Source of the DNA: Thraustochytrium aureum
Taxonomy: Eukaryota
NCBI GenBank assembly: GCA_012862495.1
Contig: BLSG01000090.1
Coordinates: 120,846 to 184,845, forward strand
Reading direction: 5' to 3'
Length of the DNA: 64,000 nucleotides
Position numbers and translations under genes: made by a program. Positions within the stretch are counted from its first letter, which is position 1. Each line of letters starts with the position of its first letter. Below, piece after piece: positions 1-12,900 of the stretch. The notes beneath the pieces were generated by a model that saw only the letters and a program-made list of their open reading frames with translations, did no database searches and was not told the DNA's origin.

Positions 1-751
1 GTGGAGGTCGGTGTCAAATCTCTCATGGTGCTCGCCGCTCTTGCGCTGCCCCGTTTGATGGGAATTGTGCACCCTCGCTGGAGCAACACTCCTGCTACTG
101 CTGCTGCGCTAACTAACTTGCCATTCTCGACAGGTGCTGATGGACCGAGCAGGGCTCTGCCAGAGGATGCTCTCTCTGCTCTGCTGGGATGAGCCTGCTC
201 GGGCGCTTGCTCCAGACCACTCGCTCGCGCGTCGCGAAGGTCGGGCTGCCGCTCGTTCAGTTCACCGGTGGTAGTTGTGGCAGCGAGCGGCTGGGGTTCG
301 CCAGCTCACAAACTGCTCGCGCCGAATCCGGCACAACGTGGAGCAGAGTGCGAACAAACCAATGCGCCAGGAGGAAGGAAGGAGCGAGCACCACAAACTT
401 CGTGCCCCTTTCACGAGCGCTCAGCCGGCGTTCGCCGCGCAGGCCACACAATCCCGCCTTTTGCATGTGGCAGAGGCAGAATACAAAAAGTAGTCTTGAG
501 CAAGCCACGCTCCTGCGTGCTTCGCCGGCCCGCTCGCTCTCTCGGCAAGTGCTCGCAAACCGTTCCTGCCGGCATCCACATCTCACATCTCATCAGCTCT
601 GGCTGACGAGCTCGCACCACGGGCAGTACCCGAATCCGGCGACGAAAGACGACAAGCGACCACAAACCCTCATCGTGAGCTGACCTGCGAGGCGAGCTAG
701 CACAGCGCGCGAAAGGCACGCACTTGGAGGAGGAGAAACAGCAAAGCCAAG

Positions 752-1748
752 ATGGTCGCCGGCCCGGGGTTCCAGAAGGCCTTCCCGGTCAACCTCTTCA
801 AGCGCCCGCTTTCAGCCACGCTCGAACAGTTCCAGGGCTACCTGCAAAACGATGACGCCCTGGTGAGGCGCGCTGACGAGAAACCGGTTGCGGTCGCGGC
901 CGCCGGCGTCAAGCGCCAGCGCCTAGACCTGTCCTGCCACAACTCGGTCGTGGAGCAAGTCCTCAGAACCTGCTGCATGCACGGCTGCACGCAGGTCGCC
1001 AACTTCGGAGGAGCGATCTGCCAAGCGCACGCGGACGCCGGCAACGTGAACGCGGGAAGCAACAACGGCGTCGCAGCGCCTGCCTCGCGCCCCGCTTACA
1101 CCGCCCGCCAGTGCGAGGTCGAAGACTGCTTCAAGTCTGCCCAGGGCCGCACAGCGCGCTGCAAGGCGCATGGCGGCGGCAAGCGCTGCATCTCGCCGNN
1201 NNNNNNNNNNNNNNNNNNNNNNNNNNNNNNNNNNNNNNNNNNNNNNNNNNNNNNNNNNNNNNNNNNNNNNNNNNNNNNNNNNNNNNNNNNNNNNNNNNNN
1301 NNNNNNNNNNNNNNNNNNNNNNNNNNNNNNNNNNNNNNNNNNNNNNNNNNNNNNNNNNNNNNNNNNNNNNNNNNNNNNNNNNNNNNNNNNNNNNNNNNNN
1401 NNNNNNNNNNNNNNNNNNNNNNNNNNNNNNNNNNNNNNNNNNNNNNNNNNNNNNNNNNNNNNNNNNNNNNNNNNNNNNNNNNNNNNNNNNNNNNNNNNNN
1501 NNNNNNNNNNNNNNNNNNNNNNNNNNNNNNNNNNNNNNNNNNNNNNNNNNNNNNNNNNNNNNNNNNNNNNNNNNNNNNNNNNNNNNNNNNNNNNNNNNNN
1601 NNNNNNNNNNNNNNNNTGCTGGCACGGCTGCGCGGGCTCGGCCTCAACCGGCCAGCAGTGCACGACTGCGAGCGAGATCGGCCGCCTCAAGGCTACGCTC
1701 GCGCTGCTCGAGCGCCAGCAGCAACTCCAGCAGCACCAGCAGCTCTGA
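752..1748 (+). CDS. WRKY19-like zinc-finger repeat protein (C-x4-C...C-x2-HGGG repeats); middle lies in N-gap
   Basis: CEVEDCFKSAQGRTARCKAHGGGKRC and CCMHGCTQVANFGGAICQAH before the gap. After the gap the best-looking frame is CWHGCAG...EIGRLKATLALLERQQQLQQHQQL* (stop 1748). The frame across the gap is uncertain. Confidence 0.75.
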
Positions 1749-2315
1749 TGCATCGTAACCTGCGCAGCGCCGGCGCGTGTGACATGAATCGCATGGTCCC
1801 CGCCGAGGCGAGTTCAACGTCGTGCCAAATCGGCAGCTTCGAACCGCATGATAGCCCTTCCTTCTTGGTCGAGTAGCGACCAGTGACAATAACCCAACCC
1901 GTTTAAAATTGATTGACTGACTTCGCCGTGACGTGATTTCCGCGCAGCAGCGCGCGACGCATTCGAGAAGCCGTGAGTCCAATGGCGCGGGCTGGTGAGC
2001 GGCTGCTCGCTCGTTCGTCGGTTGCTTTCTCGCTCCTGCAAAAGGCCGCGTCCGCTCCGTTTGGACTCGGGGCTTCGTACGTGCGAGTTGGTGGAACTGC
2101 GTGATGGCATGCATCTCTGTCCAGTTCGCGCAACTGCACCAGTGTTCAAGCACAAGTCTCCGCCGTAGCCCGCCTTGGACGCGGACGCTGGCTCTTGATG
2201 CGATGACGCGCGGGCAACACTGGCGAGAGGCCAGCGCGTGGCTGTGCAGTCGTGCCAATCAAATCAAAGGCGTTCTTGTTTAGCTTTTTTCTTGCTTGTT
2301 CCGTTGTCACGTCAT

Positions 2316-5300
2316 TCAGAACTCAAACAGCTTTCGGCCTTTGGGCGACAGTACCTCCCCAGCGCTTGTCAGCGTAAAGGAAGGCCTCGACTGGTGGGCA
2401 GGCGTCGCAGCCATTGCTCCTGACCCGGAGGAAGTCGACGATACCTGACTCGAGCCCGACGGCCTCTTGGCAGGGTTGCTCGTTCTTGTCTCGCCTGAGA
2501 CCTTATTGACCCAAACAACGACACCGCCCTCAAGGCTCTGGATGCGGTCCCAATCCTCCGTGTCGGAGAGGTCAAACTCGCCCGGGTCCGCCGCCTTGGC
2601 CGAAAGACATGCCGGTCGCTCCCACTGCCAGTCCCGCCCGTCCGTAGACGCATAAAAGGTTTCGCGGCTCTGCTCATCCAGGTACTCCACCCAACCGTCG
2701 CTGCTCTTGCCCGTGGCTACCGAGCGCTCGCGCAGCACGTGCCAGAGGTGCCGCGTCCCGCCCGGAAGTTGCGATGGGCCATCAACCTGGGTCTCCGACG
2801 AGACCCGCGTTGTGTTCTGTAGCAGGAATCGCCGCAGCGGATTGACTTGCCTGGCCGACTTGTTGAGCGACTTGCGCACGTCGCCGGTCTGCCAATTGAA
2901 CTCAAAGAGGCATCGCTCTCGCGGCGAAACGACGCAGCTCCACGTGCGCTTCGTCTTGCGATCTGACAACCTCCTGGCGACCATCTTCGTTTTGGCGAGC
3001 GCCCCGATCGAAGTAAAGTTGTCCGCGTTGGTGCCCTCCGTGTCTCCTGCTTCGCCCTCCAGCGCTGGTTCTGCTCCCTCGACCGGGGTAGACATCATCG
3101 GGTCCCAATCGGCCGGCGAGTCCCATTGCGACGCATTTTCCCTCGCGTTGAAGAAAAACCGCTCGGACGAGTTCTTCTCCTCCAGAAGCGACCAATCGCC
3201 GCAGCGCTCAATTGGCTGGGCGCTCTCGCGCAACACGGCCCAGAGCTGCTCGGTCTGCACCGTGCTGGACGCATCACAAGTTGGTACCAACAGGACGCTC
3301 GGGGCGGATTCCGCGCCGTCCGGGGACTCCCACGTGCTCCATCCAGTTGCAAAATTGTAGAAGAACAGCTCGCAGCCAGTCGGCGTCACCAGGCGCTCCC
3401 ACGCGTGGTCCGAGACTTTTGGCTTGCTGATTCCTGCGCGCCGCTCAAACTCCTCGGGCGGATCCCAGCGGCACTCGCCGGTCGCCATGTTCATAAAGAA
3501 GACCTCGCCGCTTGCTGTATCGACGCGCTCCACCCACTCGCCCGCCTGCCGCCCGGTCGGTGTCGCGCGCGTGTTGAGGGCGCCCCAGATCGCACTATCG
3601 ACGTCGCTTTCAGGCCCGCCGAGCGGCTCCAGCCGGTCTCCAGCTTCGCTCCCGGCGCCGGGCTCTGCTCGCCGCTCCCGCCAGCATCGCCTATGGCAGC
3701 GTTGTCGCCCCCCACAGCGATTTGAAGAAGCTTTCGAGATCCGCGCCGCTCCAGAATTGAGCTCTTTGGTGTGTCGCTCGCACTCGGCGTCCGCCGCGTC
3801 GAGACGTCGTCAATGCCGTCAAAGTCAATGTCCAGCATTTCTGCGTCGATGTCAATGTCCAAGCTTTGCATCGTCGAAGCGAAGAGGCCCAAAGGTCCCT
3901 TGCGTGACGAGGCTTCCTCGCCATCGTTGAGGCTGTGTGAAGAGTCCATGATCGCAGCAAAGGGGTCCTCCTCCTCGTCGCTGCCGTCGCTATCCTCGCC
4001 GCGCATTCCTCGCGGGCTTGATTTCGCCACCTTCGGTGCGTCGAGGTCGAATCGAAAGTCTTCGTCGCCTTCATCTTCGTCCTCTGCAGCGCCAGCGGCT
4101 CCGCCGGGCCTCTCGTTGTTGCCGAACATGCCGCCTTCGCTGAACGAGACGCGGTCAGCGTACTCTGTGTTGCCAAACATTTCTTCCTCAAACAAGTTCT
4201 CGACGTCATCGTTTCCGCTTGAGCCCGAGCGAGACTTGGCAGAGCCAAACCTTGCGCTTTCGACTCCGTGCTGCGAGGCCTCGTCGTCCAAGTTGATTTC
4301 ACCAAACATGTCCGATATGGAACTCGGTTGCCGAAGAAGCTGGCTTGGCGTCGGGCTTAACGGGACGTCCTCGCCTGGCTCGCCGAACTTGCTCGCATTT
4401 TGCGGCGAATCCCCGTCCGCCCCGGACGCCGCTTTATCCACTTCGTCGGCCGCTTCGGGTTGCTTGTCGCCACTGCCAGTCGATCGCCGAGCCAAGGCGC
4501 TCGCCGAGCTCGAGCTGTGTTTATCAAGGTCGAGCGTTAGCACGCTGCTGTTGTTGACGTCATCGGGAGCTCCCAGCGGCTTTCCCTAGTCTCGTTGTTG
4601 AAAAAGTACAGCTGCTCATTCTCGGGGTCAAAGCACTTGCTCCATCGCTTGGCTTTGCCGCCTGTGGGCGCCTCTTCTGCGGTCTCGACCTCCTGCGCTG
4701 CGGATTCGTCCTCGGCCCTTGCCCGAGCCGATGGACCATCTTCGGAGGAGCGGTTCAGCTCTGTTTCATACGGTGATTGACCTATCGCGGAACCATCCTT
4801 TTCCAGCTCGACCCCGAGCGCTTTGCGAGTCTGCGCGCCCCGGAATAGGCTCTGCAGGGTTGTCACGAACTTGAGCAACGGTGAACCCTGGGCATCTTGA
4901 ACGTTCGAAAACTCGACGCCAACCGGTGCGTGCGCAGTCATGTACGCCTTGTGATTATTCACATACATGTACCCCCCCTCCTCCTCAAGCCAGATGCGGC
5001 TCCATCGCGGCCAACGACGTTGCGCCAGTTCATACGCCGCGCTCGCTTCAGCCGCACCTCCAGTCGCGCCGGCCTGGGTTTCTGTTACACTTGACCCGCT
5101 ATGGTTCTGCCAATCGTCCTGCGGCCAATACGTATCATCTGTTGCCGCGTTGGCGTCTTGCGCGGCTCTGGCCATTGNNNNNNNNNNNNNNNNNNNNNNN
5201 NNNNNNNNNNNNNNNNNNNNNNNNNNNNNNNNNNNNNNNNNNNNNNNNNNNNNNNNNNNNNNNNNNNNNNNNNNNNNNNNNNNNNNNNNNNNNNNNNNNN

Positions 5301-6751
5301 NNNNNNNNNNNNNNNNNNNNNNNNNNNNNNNNNNNNNNNNNNNNNNNNNNNNNNNNNNNNNNNNNNNNNNNNNNNNNNNNNNNNNNNNNNNNNNNNNCAG
5401 CAACATCGTTCGAGTTCGAACCGACGAAAGCATGAGGTCCACTCGCCTCGCCGCGAGTTGAGGTGGCATACCCGTCGTTTTCCTCAACGGGAGCGCTTTG
5501 CCACTGGGTTTGCGCGTGCCACGCTGCCGGGACGCCGTGAAACCCATCTGGCGCTGCTTGCGCAACCTCCTGGCGCATTTCTTCCAGCTGGCGCTGCTCG
5601 ACGCGGCCGAGCTTCTCCAGCTCCCGGAGCAAGCGACGTTGCTCCTTGTTTCGCTTGCGCTGTCGGCGAAGCTCGCGCTGCAGGGCAGCATCTGCGTATC
5701 GATGCTCCAACTTTGCTTCAGCGAGCTCCGAGTTGATCTTTTGGTATGCTGTGCCGCCCTGTGCAATGCGTCGCTTGAGCTCTACATCGCCCACGTTTGG
5801 CGGAGACTGCCGGCTGCTGCCTTCGGTACCGTCGCGATTTACCCACGAGCTCTGCTGGGTTGCTGCGTTGTAGAAAAACTCTTGGCCAGAGTCTGGGTCG
5901 ACGAATTTTTCCCACCTTCCTGGATGATCCACGTCAATGCTTCCGAGGAGCGCCGCTTCATCTGCAGCTTCCACAGCATTTGTGCGCAAGTCTAGCGCCT
6001 CTAGATCGGGCGGCTCGGTTCGGTTGCGGTCCGAGCAGTGCCTGTGCCAGGCAAGGCGAGACGCGACCATCTGATCGAGCTCGGTAAGCGCATGCCAGAG
6101 CTCGGCCGTATAGTCCTCCTCTGCACACGCGTCGACGCGGTCAAGGAACTCTGCGAGTTTGCATGTAAACTGTCGGGCTTGCTCGGAGAGCGGTTGTTGT
6201 TGCTCCGTGCTCGCCTTGCTCTCCTCCTTTGTGGGTGCTGGGCATGACTCCGGGCCTGATAGAGAAGCTGAAAGCGTAAGGTTTGGCAGCGACATGTCGC
6301 GCTGCAGCGAGTCCTCTTCTTCGTGGCTCCACGACAACTTGAATGCTCGAGCATCGCCGGCCTCGCCCCCAAACTCTCCTGTTGGGCCTTGACGGGCTCG
6401 AACTGGCAGCGCACGCAGCTGCAAACTTCGCGGTGACTTGCCACCGGTTGCAGGAAGCAAAGGCAGATCGACCGCGATTCTGTTACGCAAAACAAGCCTC
6501 CGCGACTCAGCCTTCTCGTCGCGCAAAAGTTGCCACGGCCTGCTCCGCTCCTTCCGCTTCGGGGTTCCGCCAGCAGGAATCGCGCTGCGCAGTCCCTGCC
6601 GCGACTTTGGCTTTACGGCGCCCGCGGGCATCCACGAGGGCCGCTGGTCTTCGTCCCGTCCGTCTCCCACCTTTGCAGAGCTCTTGTTGCCACTGCGACG
6701 CTTTGCCCCGCCTGCTTTGGGCGGCCACGACAGGTACGGATTGCCCGCCAT
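2316..6751 (-). CDS. Large multi-WW-domain protein with an IQ motif, coiled coil and acidic low-complexity linkers; frameshifts near 4565 and 3650, gap 5178-5397
   Basis: ORFs 5135-6976, 4537-5766, 3491-4543 and 2316-3533 join into one protein. WW modules include WEKFVDPDSGQEFFYNAATQQSSW, WSKCFDPENEQLYFFNNETRESRWELP and WVERVDTASGEVFFMNMATGECRWDPP. IQ-like TLQSLFRGAQTRKAL. Start chosen at MAGNPYLSW (6751). Confidence 0.75.
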
Positions 6752-6905
6752 CACGCCCTTTCCCTCGAGCTCCGCCTGGCTTGTCGTTCGAAGCTTTTGA
6801 AAAGGCCTCCCGTCGCGCGCGCTGCGAGCGACGACCCAACGAGGCCCTGCCGAGCGTCTAGCGCGACCTCGGAGCCTTCGACCACGCCTTGCCAACGACG
6901 CGCTG

Positions 6906-6931
6906 GCAGCAGCAGCAGCAGCAGCAGCAGC
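6906..6931. repeat. (GCA)n microsatellite
   Basis: Run of gca triplets upstream of the WW gene start. Confidence 0.9.
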
Positions 6932-7799
6932 GCCAGCGGCGGGACCAGCAGCGGGACCAGCACTGCGAGCGAGCACTGGTAGCTCGACAGCCTGCGAGCG
7001 TCCTGGTGCATCGCGAGTGAATGATGCGGTGGAGGGAATGTAACGGATCTATCGCCACCATTGCGCGCTTTTGTTGGGCGCCAATCGAGTGGCATGGCAG
7101 GCGGCGGCTCCCTGGGGCGCGCGCGTGAAGACCCCGTGCGGCGTAAGTTGACGGTATCGTTTCCATCTCCCTGTCTTCCTTTCGTCGCGCCAAATCGCAT
7201 CGCGGCGTTGATCCTACGGCGGGCCGGGGCCGGCCGCTCACGGCGAGGTTGATCGCGACGTGGCGCAGGCGCAGGAAAANNNNNNNNNNNNNNNNNNNNN
7301 NNNNNNNNNNNNNNNNNNNNNNNNNNNNNNNNNNNNNNNNNNNNNNNNNNNNNNNNNNNNNNNNNNNNNNNNNNNNNNNNNNNNNNNNNNNNNNNNNNNN
7401 NNNNNNNNNNNNNNNNNNNNNNNNNNNNNNNNNNNNNNNNTCGGCCCACGAGCGACTCGTTTCGGCCGCGAAAGGGTCATTTTGGCGGCGAGTGGTGCAC
7501 GCTTTGGACGAACGGCTCCAACGCATATCCCCCAGCCTGCATGCAACATCTGGCGCACGCCAACGCGCCGCCCTGCAAAGCCTGAGGCCTGCGAATACAA
7601 CGAGGGGCACGCGGGTCTTGGGCGGTGGGGCTGGAGCGGGGCGCGCCAGGCTCGGCAGGCCCACGGGTGTGCTGTCGCTCTTGTCGCGATGCTTCCCGAT
7701 ATTTCGAGACGGCCGACCAAGCCGCACAATGGACGGCACAAGCCGAGGAGCAAGCGCGCTCCGGCTCGTATTGCGATCCCTGCAATCAGGTCAGAGGCT

Positions 7800-9730
7800 A
7801 TGACGCCGCGCCAAGCAGAGGCGAGGCCAGCACCCTCGAGGCAAGGGGCAACGTCCCCCACGCCGTCAGTTCAAAGTCGCGCGACGGCCTCACTCAGCCC
7901 GACGCAGCGATGGAACCAGCGCGCTCTTCGACGACCAAAGCAGGTCCACCTCTCTGCCATGGAGGAGTTTAATCGCGAATTGGAGGAGATCAAATGGCTC
8001 AAGCAAATCTTGCGCGAGCGCTACCTGGAAGAGTGCCCAGACTTTTTCTCGAGAGGCTTCGCCGCGCCCGACAACACCCAGCGCGAGGTTCCCGGGAAGA
8101 GGCAACGTGGGAGGCTTGTTGCAGACCCTAATACCCCTTCTTCTCCCCCCGAAGTGGCGCCTGCTGTACGCGGGCCCTGCGGCATCGAGGCTGCACCTGG
8201 TGGACCGGACGACGCGAAGCCCTCGAAGGCGCAAGTGGCCCGTCAGGACGCCGAACGAGCGGAAGCAGACGCACGTCGCAAGGCGCTCGCTCTTGAAAGA
8301 GCTGAGGCCGAGCTTGCGGCAGCGCGAGAAGAAGCGGCGAGCGTTGCTAGGGCTGCCCGCGAAGCGAAGGCCAAGGCGGACGCCCTCGACCGTGAGCGGC
8401 TCTCTGCTCCTCGACAGCTCCAAGCCAAGCAGGAAATCCACGAGCTTGATAGTCCAAAGCAGCACGAAGCGCTTCGAGTATCAAAGAAAGCCGAGCAGGA
8501 GATCACAGGGCGCGATGAAGACCGTGGCGCATTGGACGGACGAGAGGCCCAAAGAGCAGCAGATGGAAGCCGACTGCCCAGGAAAGACCAAAGCAAAGCA
8601 AGCCAAAGACCGATGGGGAAGCCGAGGTGGGCGATGTGGACGAGTGCCCCGCTGCAGCGCTCTCTGCCCGTGGCGCCCCTGACGCGTTTTCGAAAAGCCC
8701 AAGTTCGTTTGGGGTACTGGAACCGGTTGACGCTGATGACGCGCGGGTAGACTTGGAGGAGCAAAATGCGATCGAGAGCGCCGTTCCTCCGTCCATAGAG
8801 TCGCCACAGCCGTCGCCCGCTGGTGACGATCAATTGGCTGCAGATCTCGGCTCGCCAGCACCATCTGTGCTGTCAGAAATGCCAATTTCGCCGTCGGCTC
8901 AGCAAGTGCAAGATAGCCCCCGATTCTCCCCGATTCTGGCTGCAGAGGGCTCTGCGCGCGCCGCTCCTGAAGGAGATATACCGGGCGACTCGGCGGCAAA
9001 CGCGGTAGTAGGCGGAGACGATGACTACGAGGACGACTTTTCTGAAGCAAGTCAGCAACCAAAGACAAGCGCTCGAAGTCACGCGCCGCAGGGCGCGAGT
9101 CTTGGGGGCCATAGTGTAAGCCAGGACGAGATTGAGTCGATTCCAGATATAGACGACGGCGAAAGGAACGCCTCGTCCAATCCGACGATTGCCGCAAGCG
9201 GGGGCTTGGCGGCGCAACAGAGCCTAATGTTTGAGCAGCTGCGCAAGCAACAGCAAAGCAAGCAGAGCACCAAAGAGCGCGATGTAAATGATCTATTTGG
9301 CGGTCTCGAGGACGACGAGGACGACGAGGACGGACTCGCAGGCCTGCTCGAGCTCGCCGAGCTCACCAAGAACCCACCAGGGCCGACAGAGGCGGACGAC
9401 ACCGAAAGCAGCGAGCTTGTCCGCAATGGGCAAGGCGAAAGCGGGGCAAAAGCCGAAAAGGCGGGGAGTGGCAGCTTGTTCGGTGCTCGAGGCCCTGTGC
9501 ACCCTGGTGCCTCCACTGAGGATTCGCATCGACGCAGCGAAGAGGAAGCGCACAATGCAAAACCACAGTATGAGCCACCCTCCTCGCGAGAGAAGAGTGC
9601 GCCCCGCAAACCCCTTGGCGTCGGGAGCCTGGCTCGGCCTGCCGCGGGCGAGGTAACAGAACCATCTGAGCCTGCAACGGATGACGTGTACGACGAGGAC
9701 TTTGAGGAGCTCGAAGAGCTGACCATGTAG
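7800..9730 (+). CDS. Hypothetical protein: coiled coil plus acidic, disordered C-terminal half; frameshift near 8620, start uncertain
   Basis: ORF 7260-8750 (MEEFNRELEEIKWLKQILRERY, Ala/Glu/Arg coiled coil) continues in ORF 8627-9730 (DDDYEDDFSE, DDVYDEDFEELEELTM*). Confidence 0.55.
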
Positions 9731-9927
9731 CCCCAACCGGACTAAAAAGTATTATTGTGCACGGCGCGAATCTGTTTCATGATGGCACTCTGCTCATCCC
9801 GACCGCAACGCTCGCCGGCGGCATCAGTGCGGCGCGCGCGCTCAAGTCTCGGAGTGCAGAAGGAGACTATTTTCTGGATAGAGTGTATCATCATGTTCTG
9901 TTCTCTTCCAACGCCTCGACCATCTAT

Positions 9928-12900
9928 CTACTCCTCGATGAGGCGGCGCATTTCGGGTATTGTCTTGAACACTTCAGGCGGAAGCATCAGGAGGATGTAC
10001 TGGGCGTGACGGAGCTCGTCGTTGATCTGCGCAAAAATCCTCAAGATGGCGAAAAACACGAGCACAACGAGAGCAAAAAACAGCGCTGTCATGATCATGA
10101 CCAAGTCGGTGGCGTCGTTGGTGAGCGCTATTGTTGCGGCCACGTAAAGTTCGATGGACTCTTTTATCGCTCCTGCGAGAATCGTGGTGGACGCAAACTG
10201 CATCACACCGACGCGGTCTGCCGACCCTGCTTGCATGAGCGCCAGCTCTGCGCGGTCCAGCATGCGCTCTATCGCAATGCCCAAGCCAAACTCGAGGTCT
10301 TGGACCAATAGAGCCTTTGTGCTCCCAGGGGTGCGCTGCTTGGCGAGTGCCGAGATGCACTCGTCAAACACGCACGCATTGACGAATTCGAGCCCATACA
10401 GACTGGGGAACTTCTTCTCATCGATAAGGCCGACAGTTTCGAGCGTGTCATCACCATACAGGATAGCCGCGCTCATCGCTTTGATATTGTTTACGTCCAC
10501 CCAGGCAGCTGCTGTGCTGTTGTACAGGACTGGGTCTGTGTACCACCTCGACCACGGCGGAGCATCGTTTGGCCCTGGGGCTTCAATTGCGAAGTGCATT
10601 CGCAGGATCGTCGCCCAGCGACGGCCGACCTGGTGGATCGTTCCCACGTAGCCAACAGCCGAGTCTCTCACCCCAATTGCCACCAAAGTAACAACGAGAA
10701 AGTAGGCCGCCAGGAGGAGAAGCGGCGTGGTGAGCTTGACGAACGTTTGCAAACCGCGAAGGAACAGCTTGGTCTGCAAGACCCGGGATTTGGCAACTTC
10801 CGCTGCAGCCTTTTCCGCAACCTTGTCCGCTGTTTGCCCGCCTCGTGCTGGCGCCACCTTGGACGCGCTTCTCCTCGAAGCGCGCTTTGGTTCCCCTCGC
10901 CCTCTGGGTTTGGCACGCCGGCCAAACTTGCCTGCAATGAGGGCGGGGGAGGCGGCTCGTTTGGTCGTGGTGGGGTTTTGCCATCGAGCATCCTATTTGG
11001 CCGGGCGCGCCATGCTCTGTGCGTCTTCGAACTTTGCGTCCTCCAAAGCCTCAACCTGGAGCTGGCTGTCTCTGCGCAGCAGACTTGCTTTTTGGCGCTC
11101 AAGTCCAGGTTTGGCTGCTCCGCCAGTCTGAATCTCCTCCATGAGGTGCTTGACAAGCACGCCCTTCGCGAGGCTTCGCTTGCGCAACGAGGAAACGAGG
11201 TTTTTTTGGAAGGTGGTCGAGGGCGGCGGTCATCCCTGCCTTGGTCCTCCGTACGTCTCCGAGAAGCGGGATGAGCTGCACGAGAATGATGAAGGCCACG
11301 CTGGCCGCAGAAAGCCCCAGCATTGACTGATTGAAACTCACACTGAACTGCAGGACCTCTTTAGCTTGCTCGAAATACATCCCAGAAAACGTGATTGCCT
11401 TGTCAAGCAACTCGAATGGGCCGTTGTTGATGATGTATTGGCACGAGATATCGCACAGGGCAGGATCCTCGGCGAGGAAAGCCTCGCTGGCGGAAACCAG
11501 ACGTTGCACGGCCCTGTCAAAAGAGGTGCGGCGATACGCGTGTCCATCCATAGTCTCTTGGAGGCGGGTTCCGTTGTGCAGGGCGTCGATCACGGACGGC
11601 TTGGAACTTCCCGAAAACGCCAAAATTTCGTTGTGAATGCTGCGGAGACTGCTGGCGGCGATCTGGATGCTTTGTGGGACCAAGGCTCTGACGTCGTTCG
11701 ATTGCGTGTCGTTTGCAGACTTTTCGAGCAGGTCCAGATGAATCATGGTCCCCAGCGAAAGCTTTGCTATGAGAAAGGCGCGCTCGCTGCTATCGTTGAT
11801 GACAGACACCGTCTCCTCAAAAGTTTGGTATGTGTTGCGTTGAACGACAAGCGAGACAATCGACATGCAGGCGTAGGCTCCGGCGAGGATGTAGCACAAG
11901 CGCCGAAACCGAGTTAGTCTCGCCTCCTCGAATGCGATCCGGCCCTCCACCACCTTGTGCAGCGTTTGACCTTGCTTTTGTGTCGAATTCCCCGATGAGA
12001 GCGAGCCCTCGCCGTCCGAGCTAAACGACGCCACGCTTCGCTCCTCATCGTCGTTTTGTGCGTTCGAGATGCCCTGAGTGTTCAGCCCGTACCTGGGCCC
12101 CTTACCTTGCGGGTCTGAGCCATCTTGAAGGGCGAACGAACCTGGCTGCTGGTCGTCTCCGTGTTGCGCGGCTTCTTTCGGCTTTTTGCGAGCTTGAGCG
12201 TCAGGGGCGTTGTCAGCCAGCTTGCTTTCGCGGTCTTCTTCGTCGTCGCTTTGCATGGCCTCGAAGCTGAGCAGGATGATGCTTGGGAACCCATTGAAGC
12301 TCATCGGTTTTGCCGTGACGTGGTATGACTCGCCGTCGCCGCACGCCACGGTTTCTGTGTATTCCAGGTTTGGGTTGGGAACTGCTGTGGCCCCGGCGGG
12401 GTCGAGTTTGGCTTTCTCGTTGGCCTCAGTTTCAAGATCGTCCAGCTCCTTCATCATATCTTCGAACGGGGGAAGGACCGAGAGGCCGGGGATGAACTTT
12501 GCGACCAAGCCTTCCTCACCGGGTTTGTCGCCTACCGAGCGGAGCCCAAAGTCTCGCATCATGCCTTGCGAGAAAAAAAGGACCTGGCCCTTCCCGTCCA
12601 CGGCCACAAACTCCTTTTCGCCTGAGGCTTTCACGTACTTGCCGGAGAACTCGAGGTTTCCTACCGCGTCTTGTGCTGGTGTGATGAATAGGTCGACTGG
12701 GATGACGTAGCCACCTTTGTGGCGGGCCCACATGCGGCGCTTGATCGTCTCGGTGTTGTTTGCTCTGTTGATGTATTCGAGTAGAAGCTTCCCGTGCATG
12801 CGAGAAAAAGGCGGTGGGCACAAAAAGTCGACGTTGCGCCCCACGAGGGTTGCCTTCTTGAACCCAAACAGACGCTGCACGCTATCCGTGGCGTCGTCAA

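Noticed and set aside
1..720. Short ORFs at the window start
   Set aside because: No recognisable motifs; probably UTR or promoter
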